Shown here one piece after another: positions 26,655 through 36,825 of a DNA stretch of 64,000 nt (position 1 is the stretch's first letter; each line of letters begins with the position of its first letter). The notes under the pieces are model-generated. The model saw only the letters and a program-made list of their open reading frames with translations. It searched no databases and had not been told where the DNA came from. The translations under genes were made by a program, and so were the position numbers. The DNA lies in the IMG/VR virus record IMGVR_UViG_3300025012_000027, positions 152,116 through 216,115 of that record; one strand, given 5' to 3'.

Positions 26655-27314
26655 TTACTGAAACGAACTGTCAAGCTCTCCAGTGACCAAATAAGTCTTT
26701 TTATCGCCGATGAACTTGCACACCTTTGCGCTGCTAATCATTACCTTGTATTCCTCGGGCATCATCTTCAACGAATCAACTTTGATATGCATATCGAATG
26801 TGCTATCACAATCAGTCTCAACGTCAATCGAGAATTGATTTGTGTTTGGGTTGCTCTTGTCATGCACCAATGCCACAATCTTGGTACCATCGCCTTTGAA
26901 TGTAACAAACGGAACTTTCAGAACACTAGACGCCTTAATGATCTGAGTGAGGTGTTGGGAAGTGAGAATAAACTCTGCTTCAGGAGTCGCCGAGAACTTC
27001 GGCTCTTTCTTAGGCGAGATAAGCACCTCAGCATCTGCTGGCATATAACGAATGTGATTCTTCCCATCGCTGATAGTGAGTGCACGATCAGTAAATGTCA
27101 GTTCAGGATTTTCAAAGATGCTGAGCACCCCAAGGAACTCAGAAAGATCGTAGATACCAAAGGTAACATCGAACTCTTCTTCAACTTCCGCACTAGCAAA
27201 CGCAGTTTTATTTGCAGATACGGTCATCAGTTGATTACCGGGGCGAATCAACAGGTTGGTGTTGATAGATGCGAAGTTGCGCAGAAGGTTGACCGTAGTT
27301 TTAGAGAGTTTCAT
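26655..27314 (-). CDS. gp45: sliding clamp
   Basis: MKLSKTT...NFASIN, FGIYDLSEFL. Confidence 0.93.
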   Translation of the reverse strand: MKLSKTTVNLLRNFASINTNLLIRPGNQLMTVSANKTAFASAEVEEEFDVTFGIYDLSEFLGVLSIFENPELTFTDRALTISDGKNHIRYMPADAEVLISPKKEPKFSATPEAEFILTSQHLTQIIKASSVLKVPFVTFKGDGTKIVALVHDKSNPNTNQFSIDVETDCDSTFDMHIKVDSLKMMPEEYKVMISSAKVCKFIGDKKTYLVTGELDSSFQ

Positions 27315-27322
27315 ATAGTTCC

Positions 27323-27961
27323 TTAATTATAAAAAGATTTCAATTGATCATAGATAGCATCGAACGTTAGTGCATCAGTCATAGACTCAAGCACATGTTC
27401 TAGTACCACATTGTCTTCAACAAGTTCATCGTTAAGCATCCACTGCTTTTTATATGTCCCGGTTTTGTAACCGTTATCTTGTCGTAGTTTGTTAAGAGCG
27501 TTTTTGCCCAAGTAGTATTTTAACAAATCTTTAACATCTATGTCAAGAGCAATCACTACTTGAAAGAACGCGGCTTCAAAATTTTGCTTGTCCAAACAAA
27601 GGATTACGAGTTCTTCAACCTGCTTCAGTTTCTTCTCATGTGTATTTGCATATGTATGCCGACGAGCCCATTCATGGCTGTTTGCTAGATCTAACGCAGT
27701 ACGACGATCAACCATTCGTTCAGATAAGAAAAAGTGGAAGATGTCGACCACCTCCAGCAATGCTTGCTTTTGATCTACCTTAGCATCAACGTTCTTCCAC
27801 CACTTCCACTGTAGATGATCTAGCAGCTCAGCACACTCAGTCCAAATAGCGCGCGGCCAAGGATTCTTGGCCTTGCGCCAATCAGGGTTAACCACACCGT
27901 TAAAACTCTCTTGTAATCGCATGCACTCCGCGATACCATTTACCAACTCTTGCTTTTCCAT
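27323..27961 (-). CDS. dut: dimeric dUTPase
   Basis: ECAEL...WKWWK, EVVDIFHF, KNALNKLRQDNGY. Confidence 0.9.
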   Translation of the reverse strand: MEKQELVNGIAECMRLQESFNGVVNPDWRKAKNPWPRAIWTECAELLDHLQWKWWKNVDAKVDQKQALLEVVDIFHFFLSERMVDRRTALDLANSHEWARRHTYANTHEKKLKQVEELVILCLDKQNFEAAFFQVVIALDIDVKDLLKYYLGKNALNKLRQDNGYKTGTYKKQWMLNDELVEDNVVLEHVLESMTDALTFDAIYDQLKSFYN

Positions 27962-27979
27962 TATCGTCCTTTAAACAAA

Positions 27980-28429
27980 TTAACCACCCGCTTCAAACTT
28001 GCGCCATTCGATGGCATTGCGTATTTGCCATCCACGCTCTCTAAGAGACTTTAACACCTCTTCAACATACTCAAAACAGAATATGCTATAACTTTGTCTA
28101 TCTTTAATATCTAATAAGATCGAATCTGTTTCTAACAGACGATCAAGCTCAGATTTAAGAGGAGTTTTATACTGATACTGTTCCCAATCATATTCTTGCA
28201 ATTCACTGCGAGTGAGTTGGCCGGTATAGTATTTAGACCGCAATCCTTTCATGTTCAAGTATTCTCTTTCGAGTTTGAACATGCGTAACTTGTATTCGGT
28301 TAGAATATCGAGATACTTTTGGTGCAGGTTTGCTGTACGAATACTGGATATGTCCAGCTTATCATGATCAATAACACAATCTATAGCCCAATTGGCTTTC
28401 AATTCATCTAAACGCATAATATTATTCAA
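27980..28429 (-). CDS. uvsY: recombination mediator UvsY
   Basis: LHQKYL...YYTG...RGWQIRNAIEWRKF. Confidence 0.9.
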   Translation of the reverse strand: MNNIMRLDELKANWAIDCVIDHDKLDISSIRTANLHQKYLDILTEYKLRMFKLEREYLNMKGLRSKYYTGQLTRSELQEYDWEQYQYKTPLKSELDRLLETDSILLDIKDRQSYSIFCFEYVEEVLKSLRERGWQIRNAIEWRKFEAGG

Positions 28430-28934
28430 TCACTATTGTCGGGCCTTGTACATGTGGGTTTGATGTAAATGGCTTTATACCACCATCTCGTACTGTCTTG
28501 CCGGCTTTCGCAGCCAATCGATTAGCAATAAAATGAAACTTAGCGTGCTGGGGGCTTCCTGGCAGCGTCTGGAGAACAATCTTCTTACCAGACGCTAGTT
28601 CTGCTGCCCCATCATTGTGGATTAGTTTGAGGGTTGATATAAATCCTAACTTACTTTCATTACCAGATTTACCAAACATAACTGATTGGTTGTGAATATG
28701 GTACTCTATATGACCTTCGTGATTCTGGAGCTTGATCAACCGCAGATTATTCTTATCCATGTCATCGGTATACATCACTTTAACATGTTTAGATAGGTCA
28801 GATGGCACAGAATACTTAGCCATTTGTTCGAGATCTGAATCTCTATGAACGGCTTCCTCGGAAGAGTCTAATGATTCTCGCAGTTCTGATATCTCAGCAT
28901 ACGTCCAAGCAGATTCGTTATTCGTCATATTCAT
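28422..28934 (-). CDS. hypothetical protein
   Basis: 170-aa ORF in operon. Confidence 0.65.
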   Translation of the reverse strand: MNMTNNESAWTYAEISELRESLDSSEEAVHRDSDLEQMAKYSVPSDLSKHVKVMYTDDMDKNNLRLIKLQNHEGHIEYHIHNQSVMFGKSGNESKLGFISTLKLIHNDGAAELASGKKIVLQTLPGSPQHAKFHFIANRLAAKAGKTVRDGGIKPFTSNPHVQGPTIVIE

Positions 28935-29112
28935 CGACCTCTTTGATCCAACTCTTATACTTCTCTTTAACCTTCAATGGTTTGTTGTTCGGGGAGGTTC
29001 GATCAGCAAACTCTCGACCAAACGAAGGCAACTGTCGATGTTTTTTACTGGTTACTTGACGACTGAGTTTTTGGGTAAGATCCGTCTGTGTAACGGAAAA
29101 ATGCCGAGACAT
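28918..29112 (-). CDS. hypothetical protein
   Basis: 64-aa ORF with AGGAG SD. Confidence 0.6.
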   Translation of the reverse strand: MSRHFSVTQTDLTQKLSRQVTSKKHRQLPSFGREFADRTSPNNKPLKVKEKYKSWIKEVDEYDE

Positions 29113-29148
29113 GGTATGTAGACTCCTGATATATGATAATGAATTATA

Positions 29149-29601
29149 TTACATATCTGCTTGAACGTCAAGCAAATTCTTTAAGTGGATAGTATGTACT
29201 TTTATACTAATCCACCGATTATAGTATTGATCCGGTTTGAGTAGCACGTCTTCTTCAAATTGGAATCTGGCTTCATAGTAACTTAGTTCACCCTTCGTAT
29301 AACAAAACTTGAGTATCTCGCGCTTGAACACAGCTTCACCCAGCTCTTTGACATCGCGCTGTACGTCTTCAGACGAACCGTAGTATGATTTCCAATCACT
29401 CTCTTTAGTTACCCTAACCTTTTTCTTTTTCTTTATCCCAGATTTTAAAGTGACTGTTTTCTGAGCAGCACGGGTAGAGTAAAAGTTTTTCTTGCCAATA
29501 TACATCTTACCAGATGATGTATTAGTGATCTTATATACGAACCCAATGCATGTTTCGGGTATTTCTTCAAGAGGTGAATCTAAGTATGTCCATATCGTCA
29601 T
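29149..29601 (-). CDS. GIY-YIG endonuclease
   Basis: GFVYKIT...YIGKK, YYGSS. Confidence 0.85.
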   Translation of the reverse strand: MTIWTYLDSPLEEIPETCIGFVYKITNTSSGKMYIGKKNFYSTRAAQKTVTLKSGIKKKKKVRVTKESDWKSYYGSSEDVQRDVKELGEAVFKREILKFCYTKGELSYYEARFQFEEDVLLKPDQYYNRWISIKVHTIHLKNLLDVQADM

Positions 29602-30110
29602 ACTTTATTTAGTGTGTTGACCCAATCCTTCTTCACAATGTCATTGCTGATACCACCGAGCGTCAATTGTGTACCTACAACTTTGGGCTCTAAAGATGAT
29701 TTGATATCTTCTACTTTGTCTGACGGCACATTGTACAAAAGAGTCGCATGTGCCTTAAACGGATTGAATGAATGCTTGCATCCAGCAGCGCATAAAGCAT
29801 CATGTAATTTTTGCAACTCGGGGTGTTCTAAGGTCAGAACCATAGCAGACATTCCTGGATTGTCGCTGTCGGGAAATGCTTCAACGCCTGTCACGTTTGC
29901 CTTTGTTCCAGAGATGTCATACTTTGACATCAGATCTGCCACTTGTGATTGTGGTACATGAGACCCCTTACTGTACATGAGAGTAACGTGAGGTTTCGTA
30001 TTAAGTCGACCAACATCTGATGGGACCAAATGCGTCGGCAAATCATCAACTGCTATGCTAGAGTAGTTACCTGGGTTATTATCAGACATCCAGTCATTAA
30101 ACGATTTCAT
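29598..30110 (-). CDS. acb1: anti-CBASS 2H phosphodiesterase (T4 gp57B/Acb1-like)
   Basis: Two HxT motifs, PHVTLMYS and AHATLLY. Confidence 0.8.
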   Translation of the reverse strand: MKSFNDWMSDNNPGNYSSIAVDDLPTHLVPSDVGRLNTKPHVTLMYSKGSHVPQSQVADLMSKYDISGTKANVTGVEAFPDSDNPGMSAMVLTLEHPELQKLHDALCAAGCKHSFNPFKAHATLLYNVPSDKVEDIKSSLEPKVVGTQLTLGGISNDIVKKDWVNTLNKV

Positions 30111-31144
30111 CGTATTCCTTTTGTGCATTTATCAGAAACATCACATTTAACCCATTGCGAAAACTTCATAGAAGCCGCGAGCCCCTTTTCAGAACTCTTC
30201 AGTATCAAAGACTCAATATCTTTAGCCGAGTGTCCGCGTAATATCATATCATTAACATCCTTACCCCAATGTTCATCCCACAAACATACTCGATGACCAC
30301 TGTCCGTCATCTTGCGTATGCTCTTGCACACTTCGATATTCCTGGGCTGATTATCTGGTACAAGTATTACATCTTTAAACCCATCAAGTTCAGGCACCAA
30401 TAAAGCCGCAGATCCAACAGCGATAGCATTATCGAAGAACAGAGAATCTAATGGACCTTCTAGCACAAACACCGGTTTCTTAGGATCTACCGTGTCTAAC
30501 CCAAAAACTCTAGATGCGTCATCTTGTATTTTCAAGTAAATGTATTTAGGCTCTTCTTTACCGAATGATCTAGCAGACAATCTAGTTATATTACCTTTCT
30601 TATCGAAGAACGGTATGATCAGTCTGGGGTGTTCATCGGCTGATGAGCTCAACTTCTTCCCTCTCCACTCAGACTCAAATTCTTTGAACCTAAGAACAAA
30701 GTATAGTCTGTCAAAATGCTTCCGGTCAATCTTGCGTTTTAGTAGATACTTTACTGCTGGGTGATCGTCGCCTAAATCTGATATACGCGACAAGTTTGAT
30801 AGATTTAGTCGTTTTGTTTCAACTACCGGCGTGTCAACAACCTTGAGAGCTGGCGCATCATCATGAGTTGCCTTGTACTTTTCAACAGCATACTCATCAT
30901 ACAGATACGGAGCCTGTAGTTTAAGAAAGCTCGAGAATCGCATACTAGCGCCACAGTTAAAGCATCCCATATTATAATGGCTACTTGATGGTGGTAAGTA
31001 GAAACTACCACGAGTCTTCCAATCATTCTTTTTAGAATCGCCGCAAATTGGACACCTAAACTCCCATAGATTTTGCTTTGCTTTGTGAAACCTCAACAAC
31101 CGAGGGCCCATCATATTGATGTATTTTTCTTCAAGCCACAACAT
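30107..31144 (-). CDS. gp61: DNA primase
   Basis: FRCPICGDS, CFNCG, EGPLDSLF, KDVND. Confidence 0.95.
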   Translation of the reverse strand: MLWLEEKYINMMGPRLLRFHKAKQNLWEFRCPICGDSKKNDWKTRGSFYLPPSSSHYNMGCFNCGASMRFSSFLKLQAPYLYDEYAVEKYKATHDDAPALKVVDTPVVETKRLNLSNLSRISDLGDDHPAVKYLLKRKIDRKHFDRLYFVLRFKEFESEWRGKKLSSSADEHPRLIIPFFDKKGNITRLSARSFGKEEPKYIYLKIQDDASRVFGLDTVDPKKPVFVLEGPLDSLFFDNAIAVGSAALLVPELDGFKDVILVPDNQPRNIEVCKSIRKMTDSGHRVCLWDEHWGKDVNDMILRGHSAKDIESLILKSSEKGLAASMKFSQWVKCDVSDKCTKGIR

Positions 31145-31236
31145 AATTTAATAATCTATAGTGATACACACGTCAGCAACAGTGTAGATTCAACGCCAGT
31201 TCAATTCGTTTGCGGAAGTAGTACCCACGGTACTAT

Positions 31237-31659
31237 TCAATGTAAAACGCGATCTAAGGGGGCATCTTCAGGTTGATCTAATACAACCGGATCCGTTGGA
31301 TCTATTTGAGCAAAGTATGCGGTTGAGAAGAATTCAATGAACGAACTAAACTCTTCGAATCGATCTACGAGAATTCTAGTATAAAATTTATCCATCAATT
31401 CAGCAGATGGAGCCTTGACGAATTGAAAGCATTGAGCAGACATATCAAATCGTCTATTCTTTGTATACGGACAAAACTCGTCTAGATCATCTCCATTCAA
31501 AACATATGGGAAGAACATACTGACGATTCCAGTAGGTTTGACAATGCAAATTGTTATTAGAAACTCACCTGTGTTCAACCTGTTTAGAAAAGTAGCCTCA
31601 AGGATCTTTTCCTTGATGTTAATATCGTCCACTAGGGATCTCCTTGATGCTGATGTCAA
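31237..31659 (-). CDS. hypothetical protein
   Basis: ORF downstream of uvsW; start uncertain. Confidence 0.55.
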   Translation of the reverse strand: MTSASRRSLVDDINIKEKILEATFLNRLNTGEFLITICIVKPTGIVSMFFPYVLNGDDLDEFCPYTKNRRFDMSAQCFQFVKAPSAELMDKFYTRILVDRFEEFSSFIEFFSTAYFAQIDPTDPVVLDQPEDAPLDRVLH

Positions 31660-33142
31660 ACTGCTCTTTCTTATAGATAGTTAATCGTTCAATTGCGTGC
31701 AAATACGCATAATTTTCTTTCGATTTGTATCGAAGGTCATCTACAATGTCAATCAAGGTCATGAAGTCTTTATCAGAATGCAGGCGTAATCCTCGCCCAA
31801 TAGATTGCAACACGGTTATGGAGCTTTTAGACGGAGATCCAAAGATCACGTTCTTTATGTTAGGAATGTTTACCCCAACGGCCATTGTTTGGTACGTTGC
31901 CACTATTATACAATCCTCGACGTTGGCAGTCAACCTAATGATCTCTCGCGCATCAGCACTTACATCACCTGCAACATAATATACCGGTTTATCCGATAAT
32001 GTCTTAAGACTCTCGTATAAGACCTTTGCATGAGTATCTCGATTCCGAACCAGCAACAGAGTAGTTCCAGTCAAACTCCTTGCAACATTAACTAAAAACC
32101 GATTTCGGTTATCGTTGATAATGAGCCACTTCACTTCGTCCGGATACTCTAATTTCTTAACAAACTTGGCATCCTCTTCTGGATACTTTAGTATGAGAGC
32201 CTTAATCTTCAGACTACTTACCTGACTACTATCCATCAATTCTTTTGTGGTAGTAACTCTGTAGATAGGTCCCAGGAACCCTTCTATAACTAGTTGATGT
32301 ATCTGATTGTTATCAATAGTACCGGTGGTTCCAATACGATACGTTGAATGAACACATTTCTCGAGAATACTCTGAACCACAGCACCCTTAGATGTATGTG
32401 CTTCGTCGCAAATAACACCTCGATATAATGATAATATCTTTGGACCATTAACCTTGTCATTGGCAATCTTTGTAAACGACTGCCACGTAGTAATCAACAC
32501 TCGTTTAGACAACTCTTTGTTCTGTCCAGAATACAATTTCTGACACATGGTATCGACATTGAAGTCTGATTGACTAGCATACTCTCGAAAATCTCCCATC
32601 ATTTGATTAACCAGAGACACGTTTGGAACAAGCAATAGAATTCTAGTATCGGGGTCTTCTTCAAGTATCCATCGAATGATACAGTATATGATAAGAGATT
32701 TACCAGAACTAGTAGGCGATATTAGCGTTGCTCGACGATTGATAATGCTATGATGGATAGCATCAAGTTGATAGTCTCGCGTAGTAATAGGCCCACTCTT
32801 ACTCCACAGATTCAAACTATCAACGAAGTCTTTGATATCAGTGAGGTCAACGTCAATATCTTCTTGAATGCAGCTGAATCTTTCAGTAGGGACAACTTCG
32901 ACTTCGATATCATTGTCTTTGCAGAATGTTAGAAGCCGGTTATACAACCCAATAGGCAGTAGTTTAGTTCTGATGTTGAACAGTGAGATTGTACCATCCC
33001 ACAATCTGTTCTTATACTTGGGACTGAACTGATACCCAGGCACTTTGAATGTGAAGTAGTCTTTTATGTCCGATTCAGTGCTTTGATCGGAAAAAACTTT
33101 AATGAAACTTTCGTTTACTTTGTGGACGGAAACTGTGATCAT
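31619..33142 (-). CDS. uvsW: SF2 helicase UvsW
   Basis: SPTSSGKS, DEAH, QSIGRGLR. Confidence 0.95.
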   Translation of the reverse strand: MITVSVHKVNESFIKVFSDQSTESDIKDYFTFKVPGYQFSPKYKNRLWDGTISLFNIRTKLLPIGLYNRLLTFCKDNDIEVEVVPTERFSCIQEDIDVDLTDIKDFVDSLNLWSKSGPITTRDYQLDAIHHSIINRRATLISPTSSGKSLIIYCIIRWILEEDPDTRILLLVPNVSLVNQMMGDFREYASQSDFNVDTMCQKLYSGQNKELSKRVLITTWQSFTKIANDKVNGPKILSLYRGVICDEAHTSKGAVVQSILEKCVHSTYRIGTTGTIDNNQIHQLVIEGFLGPIYRVTTTKELMDSSQVSSLKIKALILKYPEEDAKFVKKLEYPDEVKWLIINDNRNRFLVNVARSLTGTTLLLVRNRDTHAKVLYESLKTLSDKPVYYVAGDVSADAREIIRLTANVEDCIIVATYQTMAVGVNIPNIKNVIFGSPSKSSITVLQSIGRGLRLHSDKDFMTLIDIVDDLRYKSKENYAYLHAIERLTIYKKEQFDISIKEIPSGRY

Positions 33143-33642
33143 TTATCAAATTCGAATCTGGTATAGACCATAGTTAGTGAAGCCTTCACATAGTTCGTTT
33201 CTGGGTCTTGGGATGTCATCTGAAACCCACTCAGAGCAGTAGGGATGGCATCAAAGAATGTAAGGCTGCGAACTGGATTGCTCTTCGAACTCATTACAAC
33301 AACTTTAGCATCCTGTTCACCAAGTGGCTGAGCAGAGCTCTTGTTTTCAAAATTCGTATAGTCAGAATGATCGCTAGAAAAACCGATGCCATTCATCCAG
33401 TTGAACACTTCTTCATAGTTCTTCATAGTCTCATCGACCATAAAGGTAAATGTCATTGCCCCAAACATGGGCTTGTCGCCTGCAAACTTTAGATCGGTAT
33501 ATGGCGTTGATGAATAAGCAGGTTGAAGTTGTATCTCAGGCAGAACGAAATCTGTACTGAAGTATTGCACACGCGGAAACCTAGGCAGTATCAACTGATA
33601 GGAATTCGTCTGTAAAAAATTAGTGGTAGCTCCACATATCAT
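33139..33642 (-). CDS. gp3: tail completion/sheath stabiliser
   Basis: NFL, AGDK, VDETMKNY, DAIPTALS. Confidence 0.88.
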   Translation of the reverse strand: MICGATTNFLQTNSYQLILPRFPRVQYFSTDFVLPEIQLQPAYSSTPYTDLKFAGDKPMFGAMTFTFMVDETMKNYEEVFNWMNGIGFSSDHSDYTNFENKSSAQPLGEQDAKVVVMSSKSNPVRSLTFFDAIPTALSGFQMTSQDPETNYVKASLTMVYTRFEFDK

Positions 33643-33692
33643 AGTATTGTTCTCCGGGGGTATGTATGTATTTAACCCCAGAGAATCGCATG

Positions 33693-33989
33693 CTACTCGG
33701 CCATAGTAGCAAGCAAGGCGTGGATAGCGTTAATAGAAACTGCTTTATCTGCATCAGGGGCAGGCAACATACGTACCATAGATTCCATAGTAAGCAGTTC
33801 TTCGCGGGAGTCTGATCCGATTATCCCGACCAAAGCATCTCGCAGCAGTTTGATATCTTGCTCAGCTTTGCGCATAGGGTGCTTTTCACATACTTTAATA
33901 TGAGCAGTTAGAGATTCATGAGAATGGGATGGCGTGCCTTGTGGATATTCTTGTCCACAGTATACGCAGGTAATGATAGTATCTAGCAT
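33693..33989 (-). CDS. hypothetical Zn-finger protein
   Basis: CVYCG...HIKVCEKH. Confidence 0.65.
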   Translation of the reverse strand: MLDTIITCVYCGQEYPQGTPSHSHESLTAHIKVCEKHPMRKAEQDIKLLRDALVGIIGSDSREELLTMESMVRMLPAPDADKAVSINAIHALLATMAE

Positions 33990-34040
33990 ATTATAACCGA
34001 TAAAGTATAAAGTTACATTATAACACAGAACTATTATTAG

Positions 34041-35309
34041 TCAAGCAGATATATCTCGAGATTTTCTGGGAGCCATTCCAAGCAACCAAGAGGGATCTGG
34101 CGTATGCCCCGGATATACTCTATACGTTTTAATCCCGTCATTATATACGGTCACCCCAATCTGTCGCGTAGAACGCTTGACAGATTTTGCTTGAGGTTTC
34201 ATACCCAATACCCAAGAAGGATCGACCGGTTCGCCGGGACCTACATAAAAGTTTTTAGCCCCATCAGTATAGCACACGTATCCTACCCGGTTTTCTCGGA
34301 GGCCTTTCGCTCGACTGTGCTTGACAGATTCAGCATCGCTATATAACACGCCAGCAACCCAGGGATAACCAGGGGCAGATTTGAACTTTTTGTTTATGCT
34401 ACCATTGTTATACCACATCGTTCCTATATTAGCCGCGACACATAGTGGTTGATTTGATATTGCCGCGGCCCTCTTTTTCGATAAATTAAACGTAATCAAG
34501 TTTAGAGATATTATATCTGGATCATCGGCATATAACTTACCAAAGAACGTACCATCAGGTAGCGCATAGTCGGATCTATGCTTTAAGGAAGCAGATGAGT
34601 TAGCGTATCGTTTAGATTCTATCATACCGTATTCTTCTGCTGTTCGTTTTGCATGCCATCCTTCTGATATTAGAGATTTAGCAAGATCAGAGTGTTTTCG
34701 AACCCGCTTCGAGTCGACACCTTTGTATAGTGTGATTCGCCGATTGGGGTCTTTAGACGCCGACATCTTTTTACGAATCTCGTCAGTTCTAGTAGTGCCT
34801 TGCATATGCCCGACTAATTGTAGTTCATCGATAAGTGGGTCTGATGGTAGTATAAAGAACATATTACCAACGGAATCCTTATAACATCCGCGACCGGCGC
34901 GCCATATCATAAAAGATTCTTTCGATTTTGCGGCATACCTAATGTCGATGGAGTTGGGGACGGTTCTTTGATTTTTATTGTACGTGCTGGTATTTTGCAC
35001 ATGCAGCATATAATACACCGTGATACCAGGACTTGATATTTCTGGATACGCTTTCCACAATAATACATGGGCAATTATATGCTGCCTAGCCGTAAGAGCT
35101 ATCGCGTTCCACGAGTGCATACGCAAGTCTTTGTATTCAGGAAACATATCATGAGCTTTAGGGCATATATGATGTGTCTCCATATATGTCGATGTAGCGA
35201 TATTCAAGTTAGTGTGTCGACATTTTAGAATAAACTTAAAATACCGATCTAAGTAATGCTTGACGTGAGGCTTGCTTAAAAGAATCTCTAGTATAGTTTC
35301 AGGAGGCAT
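34041..35309 (-). CDS. free-standing HNH homing endonuclease with NUMOD-type repeats
   Basis: ETHHICPK...LTARQHIIAHVLL; three Y(N/T)(N/D)G...W..G repeats; own TTGACG-17-TATAAT promoter. Confidence 0.82.
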   Translation of the reverse strand: MPPETILEILLSKPHVKHYLDRYFKFILKCRHTNLNIATSTYMETHHICPKAHDMFPEYKDLRMHSWNAIALTARQHIIAHVLLWKAYPEISSPGITVYYMLHVQNTSTYNKNQRTVPNSIDIRYAAKSKESFMIWRAGRGCYKDSVGNMFFILPSDPLIDELQLVGHMQGTTRTDEIRKKMSASKDPNRRITLYKGVDSKRVRKHSDLAKSLISEGWHAKRTAEEYGMIESKRYANSSASLKHRSDYALPDGTFFGKLYADDPDIISLNLITFNLSKKRAAAISNQPLCVAANIGTMWYNNGSINKKFKSAPGYPWVAGVLYSDAESVKHSRAKGLRENRVGYVCYTDGAKNFYVGPGEPVDPSWVLGMKPQAKSVKRSTRQIGVTVYNDGIKTYRVYPGHTPDPSWLLGMAPRKSRDISA

Positions 35310-35385
35310 TGTGGTATTAATATAGTATCAAAATGATATCAATTATAAACTATCGCGCCTCTAGCGTCAAGAGTTTTCTGTCGTT

Positions 35386-35410
35386 AAAAAGGGCTCCGAA
35401 GAGCCCCTTG
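35386..35410 (-). terminator. intrinsic terminator after gp23
   Basis: GGGCTC-TTCG-GAGCCC-TTTTT. Confidence 0.85.
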
Positions 35411-35450
35411 TATATGTATTACGTGAACAAAGTCACGTAAGTCATTGAAA

Positions 35451-36758
35451 TCAAAGAATATTCTTGATCTCGATACGACGGAAAAAACTATTTGAGTTAG
35501 CAGCCAAACCATCGCTAGACACAGCAGTCGGAACTGCATATGGGTGCGCAACAATTCCGTAGCGTTGTCGAAAAGCGAGACGGGGCTGAAACGTCTGTGG
35601 GTCAACTGCGCGGAACAGTTGCAGAGGTTGGTAAGGAGCGTAGAACAAACCAGCTTGGTAAGGATTTGCACCCTTGTGACCAATAACTGCGTAGTGGGTA
35701 TTCGAACCACCATTTGCCAAGTACGGATCAACGAACACTTTAAAGCGACCGTTTAGAATACCTGCAAAAGTTGTCGATGCTTCATCAATAACTTCAGTAC
35801 CTTGGATAGCTGGATTGTAATCCAACACACCGGCCATTGCCAATGCGGAAGCCACATCGCTAGAGCAGATAATAAAGTTACCACGTCCCAGACGGGTTTG
35901 TTGTGCAATAACGTTTGCGTCACGTTCGATTTGGAAGTTCAGTCCTTTGAATTTCTCAACTGACCAACGACCACCAGCATCTTGATCCATGTCGAAGATA
36001 CCAGGAGTAACCGTTGCTTGTGCGCCGGGTTTAGCGGTCACTGCAATAGTACGAACAATTTCGCGGTTAATTTCAGCGGTAATTTCTGTAGACAGAATGT
36101 TGATCAATTCTTGTTCAGCATCCAGACCATGCAATGCTTTCAAGTCTTGAACCAACTCAACGCTGTATTCAGCCTTCAACGCACGAGTTTTAGCTTCAAC
36201 AGCTTTCTTCTCGATAGTCAATGCCATCGAACCAAACACGTTACCACCAGAAGAACCAAGTGCTTCACCAACGCTTGTGGACATTGCTGAACCATAGGTG
36301 AAAGTACCTGGGGATGCGTCATTCAACACACCTGGGTTAGTACCTGCTTGAGCGCTTGCGCCACCGCTTGTATCACCAGAGAACTGAGAGTTAGGCTCGT
36401 TGTAAAGAGCTTCTGCACCAGCTTGGTTAGTATAGCGAGCTTTCATCGCAAAGATCAAACCAGTTGGCTGTGCTAGAGGTTGCACACCGCAAACGTCATA
36501 TGCGATCAACTGAGGCATAGTACGACGAACCAAGCTGATCAGCACGGGGTCGTATTTTGCAATACCGTTGCTGTCACCATAGCTGCCAACGCTATTAACA
36601 GGAGCATCTTCGAACAATGCTGAACGAGATTCCATGTTAGCGATTTCTTGGTTTTCCAAGAGACGCGCAGTTACTTTGCGACGATATTGGTCCTTAATAG
36701 GAGCAACGCCTTCGGCATCCAGTACCGGTGCCCATTTTTCGACTAACGATTCTTTCAT
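35451..36758 (-). CDS. gp23: major capsid protein
   Basis: LLENQE, CGVQP, RALKAEYSVELVQDLKALHGLDAE. Confidence 0.97.
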   Translation of the reverse strand: MKESLVEKWAPVLDAEGVAPIKDQYRRKVTARLLENQEIANMESRSALFEDAPVNSVGSYGDSNGIAKYDPVLISLVRRTMPQLIAYDVCGVQPLAQPTGLIFAMKARYTNQAGAEALYNEPNSQFSGDTSGGASAQAGTNPGVLNDASPGTFTYGSAMSTSVGEALGSSGGNVFGSMALTIEKKAVEAKTRALKAEYSVELVQDLKALHGLDAEQELINILSTEITAEINREIVRTIAVTAKPGAQATVTPGIFDMDQDAGGRWSVEKFKGLNFQIERDANVIAQQTRLGRGNFIICSSDVASALAMAGVLDYNPAIQGTEVIDEASTTFAGILNGRFKVFVDPYLANGGSNTHYAVIGHKGANPYQAGLFYAPYQPLQLFRAVDPQTFQPRLAFRQRYGIVAHPYAVPTAVSSDGLAANSNSFFRRIEIKNIL

Positions 36759-36825
36759 TTTATTATCCTTTTAATTAATTGATTGATTTCAATCTAATAT
36801 AACTGTATTTACGTTGAATACTGTC

